NCBI GenBank assembly: GCA_011109175.1
Contig: RDEW01000039.1
Coordinates: forward strand, 322,068 to 386,067
Direction of reading: 5' to 3'
Length of the DNA: 64,000 nt
DNA from: Dicyema japonicum
Taxonomy: Eukaryota; Animalia; Dicyemida
Part shown: positions 12,315 through 25,745 of the stretch, piece by piece
Layout: each line of letters opens with the position of its first letter
Position numbering within the stretch: the first letter of the stretch is position 1
Translations under genes and position numbers: made by a program
Notes under the pieces: model-generated
The model's database searches: none
The model's input: only the letters and a program-made list of their open reading frames with translations
Told to the model about the DNA's origin: nothing

Positions 12315-13130
12315 AACTTTTTTTTACTCTAATAAAGTGTATTTTCTCTCCAGAGAGAATTGGAAAGACCGGGAGATGGGATATAATGTTTGTTGTTCAC
12401 AAAGATCAGACTCCAAGTTAAATGAGGACCAGGAGAGATTACATAGACCAGTGAGAGTGACTGTGGGAGGGAGAATAGCGACCTTCTGTATGAAAGGGCC
12501 TTCCTTCTTACAAGTGATTGACTGGCTGAAGAGGGACCCCAGTGAAAAGTTAGACCCTTCGAGACAGTCTCATGTTATATGAACTGTCTTATCTTTAACC
12601 TTAGTTAATTCAGCCATAGTGATTAACTCATATTGCGGATCAATGAACATTTACTCCAATCATGCGTAAAGTTGATCGACACTGTGACTTGACTAGAACT
12701 TGGCTCTGGAGTCGTGTGCTACTCCAACCTCTTGAGGTGGCTGCAGTAAACCTTCCCAGGTCTTTTTGATATAAAGTTGCCTAAGTATACCTCATGTTCG
12801 CTTGAATGTTCGTTGCATAAATTTTCCAAACGAGATTGTACTATGGCGGATTGATAACAATTAAGACGACCGCAGACCGCATATAACCAGGTACCCACTA
12901 AAGCCATTACGACAGTGTTGACAGGTGTGTAGTGGGCGATCTTCCTGGACAACCGTGTTAAGAACGGGTAAACTCAAAAATATGAGTTTTTCGAGACCTC
13001 TGCTATTCGAGAACTCTATTTCTCCTCTGATCACCGAATTTGACATTGAAGAGTACCAAAGAGGTATACATGAACCTACATCGGATTTTCCTCGATCGCA
13101 AAGTACAGTAAGCTGAAGGTTCGTCAAAGG
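12315..13130 (-). CDS. Unidentified gene, divergent from UAP1
   Basis: Overlapping minus-strand open frames (12861-13127, 12719-12952, and about 90 open codons at 12590-12315) start just downstream of the AT island shared with UAP1. No homology recognised. Confidence 0.35.
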
Positions 13131-13139
13131 ATATGACTC

Positions 13140-13269
13140 AATAACAAAAAATAAATTGAAAACTTTAAATTTTTGAATAAATATTAATAATAAATATAAA
13201 AATTATATTTAAAATAAAAATTAAATAATATTAAAATTAAATAATAACAACACATCATAAATTATCATC
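13140..13269. promoter_or_regulatory. AT island, probable bidirectional promoter
   Basis: About 130 bp of almost pure A/T between two divergently oriented coding starts. Confidence 0.4.
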
Positions 13270-14889
<1,620 letters not shown>

Positions 14890-16985
14890 GGAATTTTATT
14901 AATATTTGTTGGTTAAAGAGTTTATTTTTGTTATGTTATCTTAACTTTTCCCAATTATGGATAAGAAAAGAGATGTCCCTTTTTTGTCGTCTTGTAAATT
15001 AACATGAATACCACATGGCTATGAATTAACATGGATAGTTCCAGGTCACGGAACGGGAACCGGTCGAGAAGCTTTTGGTATTTCTCCCATTAAGGCTTCT
15101 TGCTTTTTCTGAAACGGATATGCTTTCACCAGCCTCCAGATGATGTTTGTAGGAAATAGTGCCGTCTCATACAGAAATGAAATTACTCACTTTTTTATTT
15201 TCAAGTAACGCTGATGACAGCCGACTTCCAACATGTTAGTTAAGTTGGTAACAAACTGTAACCAAGCTCAGTGGACAAGGATTCCCAGTAACTGTCTATT
15301 GATTTCCACAGTCCGTACACAGCCTGTCCCCCGAGGTATGGAAAATCTAAATATGAAAATATTGAACTTCAAAATGACTCATAGAAATATTTTTGTTTAT
15401 TTTTTATGAAAATAAATTTTTTACTACTTGTTTCTTTTCTTTAAAATGTTCTTATCGTCAGTGAATCCACACCACAAGAAAACTATCTGATAGTAGGTAA
15501 ATGGGAGAGGTCAATATCTTTCTTCACGAAGAGAAGACCCATATGATAATCAGTCCTGGTCCATTTGCACTTATTTGATATTAATCGTTACGCTTTCATA
15601 AGCCACTGGTTTCCTTCATCTCAACAGCATGCAAATCAAAGCCGAGAACCCTGACTCCATCACCACCTTAAAGCGAAAGCATATCTCTCCCCAGGCACTA
15701 GAACTGATAGCTCACTTATTCAACACATAAGGCGATTTTTGTCAAGTCAAAAAAGTCTTAATTTAATTTTTTAGGTCAATTATGTAAATTTTTTATTGAT
15801 TTTAATTTTTTAATTTTTAGAGTTTTGAATAAAATACTAGCGTGTTATCAACTGTTGTGTCTCGTTCAATCAGCAAGATCATTGAAAAGGTAAAGACAGA
15901 AAGAAACATATCAAACTTGTAGGTTTTCATTTTTACTACTATTTCACAGATGCCACTGTAAAAATATCTGATTTTCTCATACCATCTACCGACTCTAGGA
16001 TTAATAAGATCACTACTGCTTAGTCGAATATTATTTTCCTTGCATGAATTGAACAGTAAAGTCTACAATACTTGTTTGAAGGTATTGGATATCATTTTAC
16101 TACTTCCTACGCTTCCCAATAGTGTAGAAAATTTCTTACCAGAACGATAAGTTGTTGAATATCATCGTAAAAATCTTAATGAAGTAGTGCCCTCACGCGA
16201 TCAGTCAACGCCTAGAAACGTGGAAGTGCATAAAGACTCCAAACTCTTAAAGTGGTTTAAGATGCCTGACTTGCCGGTTCAACCTCTTCTTGTTTGTATG
16301 AGACCGTTTCTTTAACTGTGAGATTTGTTGTCCCCCAGAAGCTTGTCGATACAAAGGATTTTGAGGGCATCCGTGTCCTTAGGCGTGGAAAATCTCTTTC
16401 TTTTGGGGATAGAGAGTGGAGGCTTCGGACTTTGTCCAATAGGGAAAGTGAGATCTCTCTTATATTCGTCATGCTCCGGGGATCTGTAATCATCTGAAAT
16501 TTTGAACTTTTCGGGGATCTGTATGTCCAGAATGAGAAAGTGATCCCGGATGAAAAAAATCTTCGATTAGCAGTGGAGGTTATTGGTTGGGGGATACAGG
16601 CATTCGGTTATTGTTCGGAGACGAGTGATCTGAACCCTCTGGATTTTCTCGAGGTTACTTGAAGATATACAAATTCCCCAAGCAGGAACGGCATAGCTAG
16701 AGTCACCATGTTCTCACCAAAAAAATTGAATTGCTTCAAGAAAGACAGGAAGGGTCAAAGAGGAGACCGATTATTTGGGGGTTCATGTGAATGGGGAGGG
16801 GTTATCACTCAGCCACATCATTGGTTTCAGATTGAACTGACGGTGGTCACTTCTGGAAGTGTCACATCATACTTCTCTCTTGCGGTGATGTCCAAGTTCT
16901 GAAGCGACTTGACGGGAGATGGACAGAATTACTTAGTCACCCCCACCTCAACTAAAAAAATAAAATAAAATAAAATTTTAAATCC

Positions 16986-18075
16986 TCAAGAAAAAATAAA
17001 ATTATTCAAAATCCTCAAAAGTTTCCCCGCCATGAGTTTCTTCACTTTCAAGTCTGCAGTGAGGATAATGTTTTTTTCACAAAACGGGCTTTTGTATGAA
17101 TTATTTAATAGAATCGCAATCATGTTAAAAATTACCATGTTAATTACTTCCCCTGTCGACGTTTGTGAGGGATATCTTTGCACAATTTGCGTCATCCCCC
17201 GTAGCACAACCGAACTGATCAATTCGTTCATAAAATCCCCCGGAAATTCACTTGTAATGTAATAATTCGCCAAATCCGATATAATTCCGACATTTTCACC
17301 AATCGTGGGGATTTTATTGAACAGCACGTGAACTTTATGAACGTCAAATCTCCAGTAATCACCAGTGGAGGTCGAATCGATCTCTTTGGCGTGAACTAGG
17401 TGAAATCCTGTGTTGATTACTTCCTGGAAACTCAGGTTCCACTCTCTGCAGTAGTATTCGAGGTATCTCAGCGAGGAAATGGGCCAGTATTTCCTGAAAT
17501 AAAACGTTGGTATGACAACAAGAGTGACCCCATTTGGTAAAATGAGTTCAACCCCCACCGAATTGGTCCCCAATGAAATCTCCGAGAAGGTTGGGACAGT
17601 TTTGATTACGTATTCAGCTAATTTGATAAGGTAGTCCTCGATTTTTGTGGGAGAAATATTCGATGGGGGACAAATAAAGTCAGACCATAAACAAAAATGT
17701 CTCTTCTTGACATCATACGGGCGAATAAGAGCAATATCCTCCCACGTGCTGCTTTTTTGATGTTCAATAACGAGTCCAGCCTCATCGAGGCATAAATAGA
17801 ACTTGTATTTGTTTACAGAAATCACTTCGACGTCATCGTCCTCAATGAGGAGACACGTGGATGAAATTCTAGGGTCCTTTCTCTCCACGTGCGCCATAAA
17901 ATCAATCAAGAATGCTTTGCTCTGCCATATTTTTGTCAAATACCTGAGAAAGCCGGGATTTGACAGTCTCCTGTAGTTGTACCCTGAAATTGTCTAATTT
18001 TTTACTCCACGTGCAATATTGTTGTAAATGCCCATCATAAGAATTTGGTTGGGAATTACTTTTATAGATGATCAT
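16986..18075 (-). CDS. Divergent Mab-21 family protein (MAB21L1/2-like), one 22-nt intron
   Basis: KDPRISS..VEVISVNKYKFYLCL resembles QEPRFISS..LEVISPTEFEVVLYL; KRHFCLWSDFI resembles KRSMSLWVEFI; YWPISS resembles IWPRSA; EVINTGFHLVHAKE resembles EVKAEGFNLLSKE. An ATG at 18075 joins through intron 17922-17943 (gtatttgacaaaaatatggcag) with no frameshift. Confidence 0.85.
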
Positions 18076-19087
18076 TCAGATTAGATTGATGATAGATTAC
18101 TGGTTAATTACGATTCCTTTGATTTGCGAATATTAATTCTCCCCCTGCTGGGATTCGACTAAGGACATTGCGCGGCTTCATCAAAGGGCGAATTTGGTTG
18201 ATGAACATATTTCTTGCCGATGAAGAGGACGAGTCAAAATACGCGGTCCTACCTGAGATGTTTGTTTGTTCCTTGCAGTTAAAATATCCAGCATTTTGCT
18301 CTTTCGACGCTGGGATTCCTGGGTCGTCTAGGGAATCTGATTTCTACACGCACAAGAGATCATCGTGAGCGTTGTTGGATGTTTGAGTGAATCTGAGAGG
18401 GAATACCCAGGCAGTCAGGCGGCTACTGTATGACCCTCAGATTAATTGTTTCTTAATGTAATAATTTTTGTTTCTGTCATAAATGAGATATTATGATTAA
18501 TTATGACATTCCACGTCTACTTAGTAATTTTATTTCAAAGTCCGTAGTTTCAAGTTTATTCAGAAATATTCTCTCTGTGCCAATCACCCTTCTCTAGAGC
18601 CAAACAAATTGAACAGATCTTTTGGATCTTAGAAAGTGAGAGATCTTGGAAAAATAATAACACTTATTTTTTTTCATTTAATTGTTTTGATTCCCTTTTC
18701 CCATACAGATTCCCCCAGGTTTCGAGCTAGACAGAGATCGAAACCAAATATTTTCTTATCCAACATTCCTTCACCTTCATATCGAGTTTTGTTGATCCAA
18801 TGCAGGCAAAGAGATCCAAAACTTCTCTTCCATGCAAATATAAGTCCTTCATTGATGGTCTTTGGGAAAAAATTATGGAACGCTGATCTCAGGAGGTCGG
18901 GACCCAATATTTTTGTTTCTTCAAGGAACCGTATAGCAAAAGTGGAAACAAAGTCGTGATTTCATTGGTTTAGGTTGTGTTTTTTGGCAAAAAAATTATC
19001 CCGACTTTAAATTGAGTAAAACACGTGTTGATTATTTATTAGCTATTTTATATTAGTTATGTCAGTTAGCGATAGTAAGTCATTGAG

Positions 19088-19430
19088 TCAGTCAGTAAAT
19101 ATTATCGTGAACACAATTATGAACCACAGATAAGCATTCCCTGGGACAGAATTTGTTTTTCCCTTTGGACAGCTACTATCCCCAGTGGAAGTCTAAATGT
19201 CGATATTACAAGCTACAGTCCTCGTTGGAGTACAATTCCCAGAAGAAGCCTAAACTGGTAATATTATAAGCTACAGTTGTCGTTGGAGTACAACCCCCAG
19301 TAGAAGCCTAAACTGGTAATATTACAAGCTACAGTTGTCGTTGGAGTACAATCACATATGCACGTGGTAGTAATAGCGGCAAATATGACTAAATTATGAG
19401 TGAGAATAAACCCAGGAATCTAACAAGCAT
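19088..19430 (-). CDS. Candidate small secreted/GPI-anchored protein with Cys/Thr repeats (frame-disrupted as assembled)
   Basis: Signal-like N-terminus MLVRFLGLFSLIILVIFAA (one base correction), then three repeats of CTPTTTVACNITSLGFYWG-like units, then a hydrophobic tail AYLWFIIVFTIIFTD*. Repeat junctions shift frame and one in-frame TAG occurs. Confidence 0.4.
19180..19351. repeat. Tandem repeat, 3 x 57-58 bp
   Basis: Unit cccagtagaagcctaaactggtaatattacaagctacagttgtcgttggagtacaa occurs three times with few changes. Confidence 0.9.
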
Positions 19431-19599
19431 ATCGAAGACTTATATTTACTAAATTCCGCTATTTTTGATTTTTCTGTTTTAAGTATTTGAGTCGTCGTTC
19501 GTGAGTGCACACAGCTGTGTGGAACTCTACTTGTTGGTTTCGATGATCATTATAGGTCAAGTTCTCCCTTTGAAGTAATTTGAATTAATTAGGTCAGTG

Positions 19600-20460
19600 A
19601 TACCCTTTACAGATGATTTCCCTCAAAGTTCCTCCACTAAGGATGTTGAACCATCCTCTCCCACGTTAAGGTTGTTAAAGAAGAACTTCAAGAATCCAAT
19701 CATTCTTAGTCATTTAGTACGGAAAATGACGTTTGTGGGAGAACTACATCATCAGCTGAACTACTACCCCATCAGTCGACTGGTGACCGAATTAACTTTA
19801 TGAACATGGAGGATTGAAGTCATCGTCCTATTAAGTGATCCCGGTGCCTGCGCCTCTTCACATTTCGGTGTAAGGTCACTCGGAAACCCACTAGAGAAGA
19901 ATCTTTCATAAGCCTCAGTAGGGGGAAGGTTCCTTTCAAATCTAAATGCATATTTCAAGGAGGCAAGAATCTCTTCTTTAGTGGGTTTCTGGGTGACCTT
20001 GCTGTTTTCAGAAAATTTCACTGCCTGTCCGTCAGATATTAAGTTGTTTTGTGCGTACAACGATGTAATCCATTCATGCCTGTTCGATAGTTGGAAAGAT
20101 GTGAAATTGGTATAACGATTCATGGAAAAAATAGAAGAAACGGAGGATCTGGAAGAGGTTTTGAGAACTCCCATCTTCTTTTGGACTCGAGATTAAATCC
20201 ACGTGACGTGTGAATGTCAACACTGAGTATAAAGTAATTAGGAGGTCTTCTTATTGGAATGAGCTTTCCGTTCAAAGTATCTTTTCGATGTATCTTTTCT
20301 GAATGTTGGGGATAATGGAGATCCTTGAGAGACCATATTCGGGAGGTTACAAGGCTTTCAAGAATTATGAGTTTTAGGAAGAAAAAACCCAACCTCGACT
20401 CATATCAGATCTTGAGAGGTACTTTAAAGAGGAGGACAATGTCAAAAGTGTAATCCCTAA
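19600..20460 (-). CDS. Unidentified gene (fragmented ORFs)
   Basis: Overlapping minus-strand ORFs 20120-20392 and 19764-20174 have protein-like composition. No family recognised. Confidence 0.35.
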
Positions 20461-22329
20461 AGTAGGACTCTAGAAACAAGAAAAACTTTTACCATTCATT
20501 CTTTAGAATGAAGGTCTATTTCTTACAAATCAGAGACAAATGATGAAAATATCTATCCGATCAAAATGAGAATATTTCATAGTAGACTATTATTGTACAA
20601 TTACTGATAAACTAATAACTCCCTCGTTCCTCCTCAAGGCAGAGAGTTTAACCAAGTCCCTTTTACTTGGGCAGATGAGATTGGAACCCTTACATAGGTG
20701 TATCCAATGCTCCTTTATTCCTAAAGTTCACGTATCAGGTGTCTCTTGTGTCTAATGCGAAGACGAAGGGTTCCTCCTGAGGCGATGAAGACATTAGTAT
20801 TGAGACATCCGCTTTTTTCGCATGCGCCACGTGGAGCCTATCAAAATGCCGAGAAGACAAGATATCCAGAAGGCATACAGAATGAAGAAACAGTGGGTCA
20901 CGGGAAAGAAACAACTGCCATCAAACACTAAATCTCCTGCCTTTTAAACGCTGCAAGGTACCTATTACTTCGTGACCAGCCAGTTCTACTTCCACTACAT
21001 GTTTCTGTAGTCTGCTGAATTCGCGAATTTAAAAACGTATCCACAAATCTAGAAGCATCCAGACTTAACGGGCGAATCTTCTTCCAGCCATTTTCAGCTG
21101 AGAGCCCTTGAGTTTTTAATCTCTGCAATGTTCTGTTCAATGAGAAGGCTCGCCGTCTAACTGGTGATACAGGTAATCCATCGTCCTACGGTTTTGAGGG
21201 AACTCAATCCATTCTTTAGATAGCCATTAATTAATTGTTTCTGTCGATTTGTCCACAACTATCAGCAAATTCAGTTAATATAATTTTCACATATCGTCGA
21301 TATCACCACAAGGAAAGTTGGGAAAATCTTACCAGTTGGGTTGGTCTTGTTCATTAATCCACCAAAAGTGCATTCCAAGTGGACGATCTAGTCCGTTAGT
21401 TCGCTCAATGATCCAAAATCTCACCAGAGATCTACGTGAGACTGGATGGCTTCGAGAGCGTATCTCGATAGCCATTATCACAGGAAACACTTGGTAATTC
21501 AAACTCCCTAGATTATTTAAATTATTTTTTTGATTTAATTATAATAAAAATAAAATTAATTAAAAGTACATTAATTTGTGTGTTTCATTGTTAAAATTAT
21601 TTTTATTATTAAAATAAAACTGCGTGGTAAATTAGAGGTTTAAGCTTTACACATTCTCGTGAGAGGAAGTCAAATCATATCTGAAATCCTCCTCAAGACT
21701 CATGGAGATCAATCCAAGATTCCTAGACAATCTGTAATGGGAAGTTAGGCATGAACACTGGGGTCATTCAATTACGGGATTGATCTTATCCTCTTTCTTG
21801 ATTCCTAAGGTTAGTATATAAATAGAATACTTATAGCACCTTAAAATTATCTCCACCGCAGTAATTAGTCAGGTGAGTTATTTCGTCGAAATTATCCACC
21901 CGTAACAGTGACAAAAAATATAATTGTTCGCTGTAGATTCCACCTGATTAACCAAGTCTTTTACCCCCCCCCCAAACTGAAGATTAAAAGCTTCCTCTGT
22001 TCCTTTTCTCTCAGTTCTGCTATATGGCCAATCCTATCTACTTGTCTAGAGTAACGTTCAGTGGCAGGGTAACACGAAAAATCGTTAGCTATCACCAACA
22101 TTGTTGGAGGTCTTCCCATAAATGTGAGGGGTAGAAGTTTTCTTCCCTTCCGCAGGTTCTGGGTGGATTTATGTGTAAAATTTGAATTCTCCCCCAGTGA
22201 CCGTGGGGACTTAGTATATTTAATTAGGTGTTTATATAAACTTCTTCCTCGGTGTCTTCGTGGTTAATGAACGAATCTCTTAGTAATCAATTACATGTTT
22301 GACTAAGCAACACCATGGAAGTGGAACAT

Positions 22330-22430
22330 CCATTTATTCCACCGGGAGAATATTTCGCTCCCCGGCGACGAGTTCTGGAATCGACCTCAGCTTCCCGGAC
22401 AATGCCTTCTGGATCACGCGTCAGGATCAA
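22330..22430 (+). repeat. Dispersed repeat family B (LINE/SINE 3'-end-like); other pieces at about 25588-25645, 32270-32430, 40868-40905 and 62478-62530
   Basis: tttattccaccgggaga..ggcgacgagttctgga is shared with 32270-32330; aatgcctt.tggatcactgtgcttggatgag with 32340-32375 and 40870-40903; ggatcacgtgataattagtttggttttacc..tggtcttggg at 25594 and 62486, with a variant at 32394. Confidence 0.6.
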
Positions 22431-22665
22431 GAATTCTCTAAACCACCCAAATTTGATTTCAACAGAGAATTTATTTGCCAAAAAACAGGGAATTCACAAA
22501 ATGTACTAAAAATTAAGGTTCCGCAGAATTTTTGCGGTTAGCATGCTTCAGTTGTGGAAAATGCAATAAATCAGAACTTTGCGCTAAAAGGTAGAATTCT
22601 CAAAAAATAAAAATAAGTCAAAATTTCTTAATCACTAATGTTAACCACGTTAGAATAGAGACTAA

Positions 22666-23009
22666 TTAGTAGACAAGAGTTCCGATCAAAGCAATTGGCA
22701 GAATGCCTAAAATTCAACAAATCTGATACATTTCATGACTCCCGTATTGATCCCACTGGAAGGAGTGGTAGTACTGTTGCTAGTTGTCCCGTGGTTTGTA
22801 GTAGGAGAACCACTTGGCGCTGCAGTGGGCTCGCTAGTAGATCCCGGAGCTGCAGTGGTTGCTGCTGCAGTGGTAGTTGCGGCAGTAGTTGCAGCAGCAG
22901 TAGTTGCAGCTGCACTCGTATCGGCGGCATTAGTGAAATTTAGCAGAAGAACTACAAGAACTGCAAAAATTAAAATTTAAGGGAAACTAGAAAACATTGT
23001 AAGTTTCAT
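22666..23009 (-). CDS. Small Thr/Ala-rich mucin-like protein with signal peptide and GPI-type C-terminus (paralog 1)
   Basis: Introns 22961-22987 (27 nt) and 22707-22729 (23 nt) give an uninterrupted MKLTMFSILVVLLLNFTNA-ADTSAAATTAAATTAATT...SGINTGVMKCILPIALIGTLVY*. Confidence 0.8.
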
Positions 23010-25282
23010 GGCAGCGACTTTACAGGGAGAAACGCCTTATATAACCCGAATGCGTGGCTAAAATTTCTATAGTTACCTCAACTGATAATACTGTCTATTA
23101 TTGTGGTATTTTTTATTTGAATTCTCCCAGTTTACAGTCGATTGAGTATAAATCCACAATAAAATCTAAATTGCAGCATTAACCATTTTACCCCCTAAAA
23201 TAATTTAGCAGCACCACTTACCCCTTCTGAGTACATCAGACTGTTGATTAACGTAATTTGGATAATCATAACTTTGCGATAACATAACTTGATCTTCGTG
23301 TCCACTTTGATTGAAGAGTGTGAATAAACTATAAACACGTAACCCCCATACGTGCTGGGAGTCGATGACAAAATGGGCCCAAACAGTCTGTCTTCATCAA
23401 AGAATTAGTTTGGAACGAATTTTTAGCTTGTATTTGGTGGACGGTTCTATCTGCTTCTTTAGGGTTTCAAAGAGCGACTATAAATCAGGGTTGTTGGGGG
23501 GGACTTGTACTAAAACACCGAACTTTCCAACTCCCATTTCTCACTGGGGAGTTTCTACCCAAAATCAGAGTTAGTGGCTATTAGCTTACGGAAATTTCAC
23601 TCCAAACAGGACACGTGGCATATATTTGCCGAGGATTAACCTGTTCTCGTCAAGGCACTCGATCCGATTCTTTCACAACTTGGGGGGTCGAGAGATTATA
23701 TCACCCTATGGAGATGAAGTGCTAGAACTAGAACGTACTCTACTACAGTCATTTTAACTAACAATTAACCGTCAACTGATAAGGCTAACTTTGACTGGTA
23801 GAGACTCTAAGAATAAGGCAAAGGAGTATGAGGACAAAATATTAAGGAAAGAATATTCTAGAAGGTTACAAATCTGAAATTATATTTTTATGGAAATTTG
23901 AATTTTTGTGTCTTTGTGGGGTAATTGTTGTGGGAAAATTTCAACAATAATCGAGAAAATCATGTTAAGATTCAGAATTAACTTTCTCTCCCAGATTATG
24001 GAATCGTCCTTTCAGTAGACTAGAACTCCAGTGTTTGAATTTTTAGATTCTCTGAGATCACTGCAAGCATAGGCCTGATCATTCGATAATTTCCACTTAT
24101 TTTCGGAGTGAGGCACATCTTGTCAGAGCATCACGTCCGTCCACATCCGCCATTGTGGGGACCCCTCCAATGTAGTAGGAAAGGGGAAGATTTTACTGAA
24201 TACAACCAACCATTTATATCCACCATTGTGTTTACCCCTGCAGTGAAGCAGGGAAGAGATAGATTATATGGAATGCAATCAACAATTGTGAGTTATCTGA
24301 GAAAGGTACATAAGCTGACCTGCACCTGACAAGAAACCAGTGGCTAAGAAGAAAGTAACAATCAAAAGCAGACGCTACCAGAGATCAGTAAGATGAATCT
24401 GGAGTCGAACTTGACAGATCATTTGATAGAAAATTAGAAAAAGAAATATTTTCCACTTTTTAATATTTTTAAATAATTCATTTTAGATTATTATTAAAAA
24501 ACATAAGTGTAACCATAATAGCTGTAGTTTCACACGTGTGGTGTTAGAAACAATCACCTCCCACGGAAGTATGCAGCCTCTCTCTAGTCGTTCAGATGTC
24601 CCCCACATCTCATTTTCTTTGACTTACTTGAGACCATAATCAAGTATCCAAGGAAGTAGACGCTATAGAATCGTGGCCCAGTCTCAACGAAGTATTTCTC
24701 AATCGCTATATCAGAAGGTATTCATTTCCAATGAATCAGTGACCTCGGGAATCAAAGGACCAGTGGAGCATTCATTAATAGAGCTTTCTGTGCGGGCGTA
24801 TGATCCTCATGGTACTTTCGATTTTGGTTGGAGGAGATTCGTATAGGGTTTCTGATGTCTCCCGAGTTCAACACCTCTTCCATGCTTGCGAAAAGGGAGA
24901 CAGAGCTTTTATCCACCATGAAACTAAGTAGACATTTCATCAAATACGTCATCATTTAAAAGACCCTATTAGAGATGAAAAATTTCCCATTTTCACATGG
25001 CAGTTCCCAACTCATTCACCGCTTCAGTATTTTATGGTAGCCGGAAAGGAATAGGAATTCCGGAGATAGGCACCTCCAATCAAGTTCCTCTACAGAATTC
25101 GAGGGGAGACTTCCAAAAGATTGTGGGATCGCAGTCGGATCAATCAAGGAGAGTAAGGGAACAATTAGAAGCTGAGATTACTTAATTAGTTAGCTTTGCT
25201 ACATTTCTTGGTGGTTGGCAATTTTGGTTTTCTTAAATAAAATATGTTCTCAAGAGTAATTAGAAATTCTGAACGATCGGCT

Positions 25283-25745
25283 ATTATAATAAAATTGCAC
25301 TTACGAAGAGCCATATTAGCGATAGCTCTTCCCAGGAAGGACACTCACTTCATTTAAGTAAAAAATAGTTATCATAACTAATCTTAGAGGAGAACCAATG
25401 AATGCTCTTGACTTCTTTTCGTTGTGTGAATTTAATTTAATTTATTGAACCAAAAATTAATTAATTTAATTTATTTTTAGACTCCAGATCACGGGAAGTT
25501 GGCCCTGAAAATTCAGGCAGCCGTCCTGTACGTTCATGCGCGGGCACAAAGGAAGAACACCGGGCAAAGATGAGGTCTCTGTTAGAATGCATCGGGATCA
25601 CGTGATAATTAGTTTTGTTTTACCGTGGTCTTGGGTTAAATAAATAAAAAATTAAAAAAATTGAACCAGTTGTATGTGAATGCTTTTGTATACGATCCTG
25701 TTCCGCAGTGAGAAGTTCACTGATGACGGCGTCACTTTTCAAGCC
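25283..25745 (-). mobile_element. Old SINE copy interrupted by an approximately 260-bp insert
   Basis: 25283-25430 matches the SINE 3' body (gagccata..aggacactcacttcatttaagtaaa..actaatc..agaaccaa). The central segment gttccgcagtgagaagttcactgatgacggcgtcact resumes at about 25700. Confidence 0.55.

Noticed and set aside
17993-18037. In-frame TAG upstream of the Mab-21 ORF suggesting stop readthrough or recoding
   Set aside because: A 22-nt intron at 17922-17943 links a different, fully open frame to the ATG at 18075. Other intact genes end at standard stops, so no code change is needed.
18168-18420. DAGIPGS resembling a Harbinger transposase motif
   Set aside because: Single weak motif with no TIR or TSD found.
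19180-19351. Tandem repeats as a CRISPR-like array (also 47967-48110 and 49494-49779)
   Set aside because: Units are contiguous with no unique spacers, there are no cas genes, and the context is eukaryotic.
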